64,000 nt of DNA from an uncultured Chloroflexia bacterium (GTDB taxonomy: Bacteria > Chloroflexota > Limnocylindria > Limnocylindrales > CSP1-4). The DNA lies in NCBI GenBank assembly GCA_963713975.1, contig OY970218.1, forward strand, positions 2,880,001 through 2,944,000, in the 5' to 3' direction. Positions 57,806 to 64,000 of this stretch are shown piece after piece (position 1 is the first letter of the stretch; the number at the start of each line of letters is the position of its first letter). The notes under the pieces were generated by a model, which saw only the letters and a list, made by a program, of their open reading frames with translations, ran no database searches and had not been told where the DNA came from. Position numbers and translations under genes: made by a program.

Positions 57806-60277
57806 ATGGACGAGCCGCGGGTCAAGGCCCAGCTCCCGGACCAGGCCCGGGTGGTGATCGTGGGCGGAGGAGTGATCGGGGCGAGCATCGCCTACCACCT
57901 CGCCAAGCTCGGCTGGCACGATGTCGTGCTCCTCGAGCGCCGTGAGCTGACGGCCGGGACCACCTGGCATGCCGCGGGCCTCGTCACGTCGGCGGGCATG
58001 GCCACGGAGACGCTCCTGTGGATGGCTCGCTACACCCGCGATCTGTGCGTGTCGCTGGAGGCCGAGACCGGTCAGGCGACGGGCTTCCGGCCGATCGGCC
58101 ACATCCACCTCGCGACCACGCCGCAGCGGCTGGAGACGCTCCGGCGCGAGGCCGCCTTCGTGCGTGGCTTCGGCGTGGACGACCAGGAGATCTCGGCGGC
58201 CGAGTTCGCGCGCCACTGGCCGGCCGCGAAGACGGACGACGTCCTGGCCGCGTTCTACGTCGCCGATGAGGGTCGGGTGAACCCGGCCGACCTCACCCAG
58301 GCCTATGCGCGTGGCGCTCGCATGAACGGCGCCCGGATCATCGAGGGCGTGACCGTCACCGGCGTCACGCAGGCGAACGGGTTCGTCACGGGCGTGGAGA
58401 CGGACCACGGACCGCTCCGTGCGGAGTACGTGGTCAACGCGGCCGGTATGTGGGGCCGGGAGCTGGGGGCGATGGCCGGCGTGTCGGTCCCGCTCCAGGC
58501 CGCTGAGCACTACTACCTGATCACCGACACGGTGGATTGGGCGCATCCGGACCTGCCCATCGTGGAGGACCCGGACAGCTACGGCTACTACCGCGAGGAG
58601 GGCGGGGGTGTCCTGGTCGGCCTGTTCGAGCCAAGAGCGGCAGGATGGTCGCTGGACCGCGTGCCCCGCGATGTCGCGTTTGCCAGCCTGCCCCCGGACT
58701 GGGATCGCATCGGACCGTACCTCGATGGCGCCATGGAGCGCTTCCCGTCCCTGCGCGACGCGGGCATCCGGACGATGTTCTGCGGCCCCGAGAGCTTCAC
58801 CCCGGACGTGATGCCCCAGCTGGGCGAGGCGCCGGAGCTGCGCAACTTCTTCGTGGCTGCCGGGCTCAACAGCCTGGGGATCCTGCTCAGCGGCGGGGTC
58901 GGCAGCATCACCGCGTCCTGGATCGTCGACGGCGTGCCACCGGTGGACATCACGGGGATGACCGTCGACCGGACCCAGGCGTTCGAGACGAGCCGGCGGT
59001 TCCGCAAGGATCGCGCCGTGGAGCAGCTTGGCGCGCTGTTCGGCGACGCCTCGTTCCCGACCTGGCACGCGTGGTCGGCGCGAAACGTCCGGCGGTCCGT
59101 CATCCACGATCGGATGGCTGATCGTGGGGCGAGCTTCGCCGTGTCGTCGGGCTGGGAGTACGCGGAGTGGTTCGATCCCGACGGCATCGCGGCGGACCTG
59201 CCTCAGGGCTGGGGCAGGAATGCCGGGTTCGACCTCCAGGCGGCGGAGCACCGGGTGGTCCGTGAGGCCGTGGGCGTGCTCGACATGTCGATCATGGCCA
59301 AGCTCCTCGTCCAGGGCCGGGACGCCGAGAAGGTCCTGAACCGCGTCTGCGCGAACGACGTGTCCGTTCCGGTCGGACGCGTCGTGTACACCCAGTGGCT
59401 CAACGAGGCCGGCGGGATCATCGCGGACCTCACCGTGACCCGCCTTGCCGAGACGAAGTTCCTGGTCGTCACCACGGACCTCATCCACCGCCGGATGGCC
59501 CCATGGATCGAGCGCCACGTCCTGGACGGGGAGTTCCTGACCGTCACCGACGTCACCGCCGGGTCGACCCTCCTGACCGTCCAGGGCCCACGATCTCGCG
59601 AGCTGATTGGGAGCCTGACGAGCGCCGACCTGTCCAACGACGCCTTCCCGTACATGACGGCACAGGAGATCGACCTCCACTACGCCCGGGTCCTCGCGAT
59701 GCGGGTCACGTATGTGGGCGAGCTGGGCTGGGAGCTCCACGTGCCGGCCGACCTCGCGCTCACCGTCTACGACGCGCTCCACGAGGCCGGCACGACCGTC
59801 GGCTTCCGCGATGTGGGCCTGGGCGCGATGGGCAGCCTTCGGCTGGAGAAGGCCTATCGGGACTTCGGGCTCGACATCGACAACACGGATTCCCCGTTCG
59901 ACGTGGGCTTGGGATTCGCCGTCGCCATGGACAAGCCCGGCGGCTTCATCGGCCGCGACGCGCTCCTCCGCCGGCGACACGAAGGGCCTCCCACGCGTCG
60001 CCTGGTGCAGGTCCTGGTCGAGGACTCCGAACCGCTCCTGTACCACGGCGAGCCCCTGCTGAGGGACGGTGCGTGGGTCGGCCACGTCCGATGGGGCGCC
60101 TACGGCCACACGTTGGGGGGATCGGTGGGCCTGGCGATGATCGAGGACGAGACGGGCATCCCGGCTGAAGCGGTCGAGAACGGGAGGTTCGAGGTCGACA
60201 TCGCCGGTGTCAGATACCCGGCCCGTGCGTCGTTGCGTCCCATGTACGACCCGGACCGGGCGCGCATCAAGGCCTGA
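57806..60277 (+). CDS. FAD-dependent oxidoreductase with GcvT domain (dimethylglycine/sarcosine dehydrogenase family)
   Basis: VIVGGGVIG, GTTWHAAG, GPESFTPD, GWEYAEWF, VQGPRSR, YVGELGWE, SLRLEKAYR. Confidence 0.9.
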   Translation: MDEPRVKAQLPDQARVVIVGGGVIGASIAYHLAKLGWHDVVLLERRELTAGTTWHAAGLVTSAGMATETLLWMARYTRDLCVSLEAETGQATGFRPIGHIHLATTPQRLETLRREAAFVRGFGVDDQEISAAEFARHWPAAKTDDVLAAFYVADEGRVNPADLTQAYARGARMNGARIIEGVTVTGVTQANGFVTGVETDHGPLRAEYVVNAAGMWGRELGAMAGVSVPLQAAEHYYLITDTVDWAHPDLPIVEDPDSYGYYREEGGGVLVGLFEPRAAGWSLDRVPRDVAFASLPPDWDRIGPYLDGAMERFPSLRDAGIRTMFCGPESFTPDVMPQLGEAPELRNFFVAAGLNSLGILLSGGVGSITASWIVDGVPPVDITGMTVDRTQAFETSRRFRKDRAVEQLGALFGDASFPTWHAWSARNVRRSVIHDRMADRGASFAVSSGWEYAEWFDPDGIAADLPQGWGRNAGFDLQAAEHRVVREAVGVLDMSIMAKLLVQGRDAEKVLNRVCANDVSVPVGRVVYTQWLNEAGGIIADLTVTRLAETKFLVVTTDLIHRRMAPWIERHVLDGEFLTVTDVTAGSTLLTVQGPRSRELIGSLTSADLSNDAFPYMTAQEIDLHYARVLAMRVTYVGELGWELHVPADLALTVYDALHEAGTTVGFRDVGLGAMGSLRLEKAYRDFGLDIDNTDSPFDVGLGFAVAMDKPGGFIGRDALLRRRHEGPPTRRLVQVLVEDSEPLLYHGEPLLRDGAWVGHVRWGAYGHTLGGSVGLAMIEDETGIPAEAVENGRFEVDIAGVRYPARASLRPMYDPDRARIKA

Positions 60278-60340
60278 TCGGGGTGTGCGTCCGGGCTACA
60301 GTGACGGCGAGCGTCCGCTCGCGGCAGGGGAGGGTTCGAC

Positions 60341-61213
60341 ATGACCTCACAGGGGACCGGTGATGGCGGCGCCGGCCGTGCCCCGGACGAGGAGACCCTG
60401 GCGAGCTGGGAGCCGCCGACGCCCGATGCACCGCCTGCTCCTGCGGCCCCGGCTCGGGGCCAGTATCCCGGTTCTGCCGCCGCTCCGCCGCCTCCCGGTG
60501 CGGCGGCCCCCCAGGGGTACGGCCCGCCCGGCGGCGTGACAGCCCCGCCCGGCGGCGTGTGGGCGCCTCCGGCACCCGGTGGGGCCGCCTACGGTGTCCC
60601 CGGTGTCCCGGCCATCCGTTTCGCGGGGACGCTGCCGCGCGTCCTCGCCTGGATGCTCGATGGGCTCCTCGTCGGCATCGTGGCGGGGCTCCTTGCCGGC
60701 GTCGTCGGAGCGTTCATGTCGAGCGCCGAGACCGCTGCGATCGTCACGACGATCGTCTACATGGGTCTCGAGCTGCTGTACTTCGTCGGGTTCTGGACCG
60801 GTGGCAGCCGGGCGACGCCCGGCATGAGGGTGTTCAGCCTCCAGATCGGCAACGCGGCCGACGGGCGGGCGCTCACCATGAACCAGGCGCTTGTCCGGTG
60901 GGTGGCCCTTGGCCTTCCATTCCAAGCCTTGGCACTGCTGCCGCCGCCGGCCAGCAGCATCGGCGGGATCGCGGCCCTGTGGGCCCTGGTTCTGCTCATC
61001 ACGACGATCGCGAGTCCTACGAAGCAGGGTCTTCACGACCGATGGGCCGGCTCCGCGATCGTCCAGCCGGTCGGTCGCGACGGACCGGTCGTCGCGTGCC
61101 TGATCCTGGCCGTGCTGGTGTTCGTGATCCTGCCTATCCTCGCGATCGGCGCATTCATCTTCGTCGGTGCCCAGGTGTTCACCATCCTCTCGGAGGTCGG
61201 CACCTCGATCTAG
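60341..61213 (+). CDS. RDD family membrane protein with Pro-rich N-terminus
   Basis: FAGTLPRVLAWMLD, ATPGMRVFSL, KQGLHDRWAG; SD GGAGG. Confidence 0.87.
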   Translation: MTSQGTGDGGAGRAPDEETLASWEPPTPDAPPAPAAPARGQYPGSAAAPPPPGAAAPQGYGPPGGVTAPPGGVWAPPAPGGAAYGVPGVPAIRFAGTLPRVLAWMLDGLLVGIVAGLLAGVVGAFMSSAETAAIVTTIVYMGLELLYFVGFWTGGSRATPGMRVFSLQIGNAADGRALTMNQALVRWVALGLPFQALALLPPPASSIGGIAALWALVLLITTIASPTKQGLHDRWAGSAIVQPVGRDGPVVACLILAVLVFVILPILAIGAFIFVGAQVFTILSEVGTSI

Positions 61214-61230
61214 GCAGCGGCCGGTCCCGG

Positions 61231-61236
61231 TAGACT
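61231..61236 (+). promoter_or_regulatory. -10 element TAGACT, probable leaderless promoter
   Basis: TAGACT 6 nt before GTG 61243. Confidence 0.6.
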
Positions 61237-61242
61237 GGGCGG

Positions 61243-62790
61243 GTGACCAGACCTGACCTCGTGCCGCCCGTCGACGATCTCGACGCCGAGCAGGTCGACG
61301 GCATCCTGGACATGGATCCAGAGCGCTTCCGGGTGGGCGGTTATGCCGTGGTCGACCGCATCGCGGACTACCTTGCGGAGGTCGAGTCGTACCGGATCCT
61401 GCCGTCGATCGAGCCCGGCACCATCGGGCCGCAGTTCGCGACCCATGCACCCGCCGCGCCCGAGCCCATGACGAGGATCCTCGCCGACGTGGACCGCCTG
61501 GTGCTCCCCAACGCGACGCACTGGCAGCACCCGGGGTTCTTCGCCTACTTCGCGACGTCGGCGTCCGGCCCCGGGATCCTGGGCGAGATGCTGACCGCGG
61601 CCCTGGGACAGAACCCGATGCTCTGGCGGACCTCGCCGGTCGGGACGGAGCTCGAGAGCGTGGTCGTCCGCTGGCTCCGGGAGGAGCTGGGGTTGCCGGA
61701 GGCGTTCGAGGGCCTGCTCACGGACACGGCGAGCACCTCGACGCTGATCGCTCTCGCGGCGGCGAGGGAGGCGGCCGGGCTCGATGCTGCTGCCCTGGGT
61801 ATCGCGGGCCGCGCCGATGTCCCGCAGGTCCGCGTGTACGGGTCGGCGGAGGCCCACAGCTCGGTCGACAAGGCCTGCATGACGCTCGGGCTGGGACGAG
61901 CGGCGCTGGGCAAGGTCCCCACCAACGAGCGCTTCGAGATGGACGCGTCCGCGCTCGCGGCGGCGATCGCCGAGGACAGGATGGCGGGCCGGCGGCCGAT
62001 CGCGATCGTGGCCACGATCGGGACGACCTCGTCCACCTCCGTCGACCCGGTGGCTGTCATCGCGGACATCGCGGAGCGCGAGGGCCTGTGGCTGCACGTG
62101 GATGCCGCCTATGCCGGTCCCGTCGCGCTGCTGCCCGAGCGGCGTGGCCCGTTCGCGGGCTGGGAACGCGCGGACTCGGTGGTCCTGAACCCGCACAAGT
62201 GGCTGTTCACACCACTTGATGCCTCGCTGCTGCTCAGCCGTCGCATGGACCAGCTGCGGGCGGCATTCAGCCTCGTGCCCGAGTACCTGCGAACGCTGGA
62301 CCGCGTCGAGCCCGTCTTCGACTACAACGAGTACCAGCCGCAGCTGGGGCGCCGGATGCGCGCGCTCAAACTGTGGATGCAGCTCCGCTGGTTTGGCATG
62401 GACGGGATCCGGCGGCGCCTGGAGCACCATCTCGCGGAGGCGGAGCGCTTCGCCGGCTGGGTGGACGCCGACCCGGACTGGGAGCGGCTGGCGCCGACGC
62501 CGTTCTCAACGGTGTGCTTCCGGTACCGTCCGGCAGGCCTTGCCGGTGGCGAGGACCAGCCCGACGTGCACGCCCGGCTGGACAGCATCAACGCGGCGCT
62601 GATGCATGCCGTGAATGCCACCGGCGAGGTGTTCCTGTCGCACACCCGCCTCGGGGACCGGTTCACGATCCGGATCGCGATCGGCAACCTGCGGACGGAG
62701 GCCCGCCACGTCGAACGGGCGTGGGAGCTGCTCCGCCGCGAGGCCGCACGGCTCGCCACACAGGAGACAGACGATGTCCGACCCGGTTGA
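61243..62790 (+). CDS. group II PLP-dependent decarboxylase (aromatic amino acid decarboxylase-like)
   Basis: THWQHPGFFAYF, TSPVGTELE, AHSSVDKA, TIGTT, LHVDAAYAG, NPHKWL, LGRRMRALKLW. Confidence 0.92.
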   Translation: MTRPDLVPPVDDLDAEQVDGILDMDPERFRVGGYAVVDRIADYLAEVESYRILPSIEPGTIGPQFATHAPAAPEPMTRILADVDRLVLPNATHWQHPGFFAYFATSASGPGILGEMLTAALGQNPMLWRTSPVGTELESVVVRWLREELGLPEAFEGLLTDTASTSTLIALAAAREAAGLDAAALGIAGRADVPQVRVYGSAEAHSSVDKACMTLGLGRAALGKVPTNERFEMDASALAAAIAEDRMAGRRPIAIVATIGTTSSTSVDPVAVIADIAEREGLWLHVDAAYAGPVALLPERRGPFAGWERADSVVLNPHKWLFTPLDASLLLSRRMDQLRAAFSLVPEYLRTLDRVEPVFDYNEYQPQLGRRMRALKLWMQLRWFGMDGIRRRLEHHLAEAERFAGWVDADPDWERLAPTPFSTVCFRYRPAGLAGGEDQPDVHARLDSINAALMHAVNATGEVFLSHTRLGDRFTIRIAIGNLRTEARHVERAWELLRREAARLATQETDDVRPG

Positions 62791-63133
62791 GGTCCTGTAC
62801 TTCTACCGCACGAAGTGGGGCGCGCACGACGAATTCGTCGCGCTGTTCCGAAAGAACCACTGGCCGATCCTGCGCGAGCAGTGGGACGCGGGGCGATACG
62901 TGAATGTGGAGCTGTTCACCCCCCGCTTCCACGGCGGTGGGGGAGCGGACTGGGACGTGCTGGTGTCGATCACCTACCGCGACTGGGCGGCGATCCAGGA
63001 GCACAGCGACGGCGAGATCGTGCTGCGCCTGTACCCGGACCAGGCCGCGTTCGCCGAGGAGGAGCGACGACGGTTCGACCTCCTCGAGGCACACTGGGAC
63101 GTGGTGCTGGAGCCCCGGCCCCTGGAACGCTAG
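62774..63133 (+). CDS. hypothetical protein, probable dimeric alpha/beta barrel
   Basis: SD AGGAGA; YFYRTKWG..DEFVALFRKNHWPIL...WDVLVSITY...EAHWDV. Confidence 0.7.
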   Translation: MSDPVEVLYFYRTKWGAHDEFVALFRKNHWPILREQWDAGRYVNVELFTPRFHGGGGADWDVLVSITYRDWAAIQEHSDGEIVLRLYPDQAAFAEEERRRFDLLEAHWDVVLEPRPLER

Positions 63134-63255
63134 CTGGCGGCTGCGCCGGCCCGCGATCGCGCCTGCGGGCGGCCGCGGCAGGGACGTCGCGCTTCGTCGA
63201 TGGGTCCGCGATAATGGACGCCTGTCCCGCCCGCTCACCGGAGGCCGACGCGCCC

Positions 63256-63645
63256 GTGCCGCCCATCACCGAGCTCACCCGCATCGAACCCGTCTTCCTC
63301 GATCGTCTCGAGAAGCAGGGGATCTTCACCACGGGCATCCTGCTTGAGGTGTCCGAGACGCAGACCCGCCGCCAGACGCTCGCCGACCACGTCCGCGCGA
63401 CGATCAACGACGTCTCGACCTGGCGTGACGAGGCACTGATGCTGAACCTCGCCGGCTTCGGCCCGGCCGAGCACCAGCTGTTCATCCAGGCCGGGATCGA
63501 GGGCCTGCGCGACCTGCTGAAGACGGAGCTGGCGCCGTTCCGGGAGCGCGTCGCCACCGCGGCCGGGGAGCTGGGCACGGAGCCGCCGCCGGACCTCATG
63601 ATCGAGACGTGGTGGGAGCAGGCGAGGACGCTCGAGGAGGCATAA
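63256..63645 (+). CDS. DUF4332-like helix-hairpin-helix protein
   Basis: SD GGAGG; LEKQGIFTTGILL...RRQTLA...W...LMLNLAGFGP....LFIQAGI. Confidence 0.7.
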   Translation: MPPITELTRIEPVFLDRLEKQGIFTTGILLEVSETQTRRQTLADHVRATINDVSTWRDEALMLNLAGFGPAEHQLFIQAGIEGLRDLLKTELAPFRERVATAAGELGTEPPPDLMIETWWEQARTLEEA

Positions 63646-63709
63646 GGAGGGCACGCCGCCGGAGCCGTCAACGGGGCATGTCTCCCGCACCCGGTACCAT
63701 CGGCGCCTG

Positions 63710-64000
63710 ATGGATTCCATCCGCGGCGCCCTGGCCGCCCTCGTCACCGGCGTGGCTGCCGCCCTCGTCATCGTCGCCCTCTCGATCCTGCCGTTCCTCA
63801 ATCCCGCGTGGGTCGGCTTCGCCCAGGAGCGAGCCCAGGCCGCGGCGTGGACGGGTTTCGCGCCCGAGCAGCTGAGCGCGGCGACCGATGCGATCCTCGC
63901 GGATCTCATCGTCGGCCCGCCGGACTTCGATGTGGCGCTGGACGGCACCCCAGTCCTCAACGATCGTGAGCGGGGCCACATGCAGGATGTCCGCAGCGTG
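63710..64000 (+). CDS. DUF1461/TIGR01906 membrane protein (Lit-like), 3' truncated
   Basis: TACCAT 9 nt upstream; N-terminal TM, then LNDRERGHMQDVR; frame open at window end. Confidence 0.65.
   Translation, partial: MDSIRGALAALVTGVAAALVIVALSILPFLNPAWVGFAQERAQAAAWTGFAPEQLSAATDAILADLIVGPPDFDVALDGTPVLNDRERGHMQDVRSV

Noticed and set aside
56409-64000. Genomic island integrated at tRNA-Pro
   Set aside because: Gene content becomes accessory, but I found no integrase, duplicated tRNA 3' end or clear composition shift within the window.

Overview
High-GC bacterial chromosomal window, mostly + strand housekeeping genes in a monoderm (Firmicutes-like) order: murE, rel, hisS-aspS, typA, iscS-mnmA, alaS-ruvX-mltG-pepP-efp, xseA-xseB-dxs-tlyA-nadK-recN-xerD, scpA-scpB-rluB-cmk-plsC-ispH-der and tRNA-Pro(GGG). 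Gene content and protein style suggest Chloroflexota, possibly Limnocylindria (inference, not tested). I see no prophage, IS element or CRISPR array. Best candidate for an undescribed system: a gene pair between alaS and ruvX-mltG, encoding an FtsA-like actin ATPase with no ftsZ nearby and a single-pass membrane protein with an external phage baseplate-J-like domain. Other notable signals: many TANNNT boxes 6-9 nt before start codons (leaderless mRNAs), a candidate structured ncRNA after typA, a permease-ATPase fusion explainable by one extra T, a surface protein with four YbaY-like domains, an actinobacterial-type clpS-DUF2017 pair, and small membrane ORFs missing from the ORF track. All family assignments come from motif recognition by eye; no searches were run.
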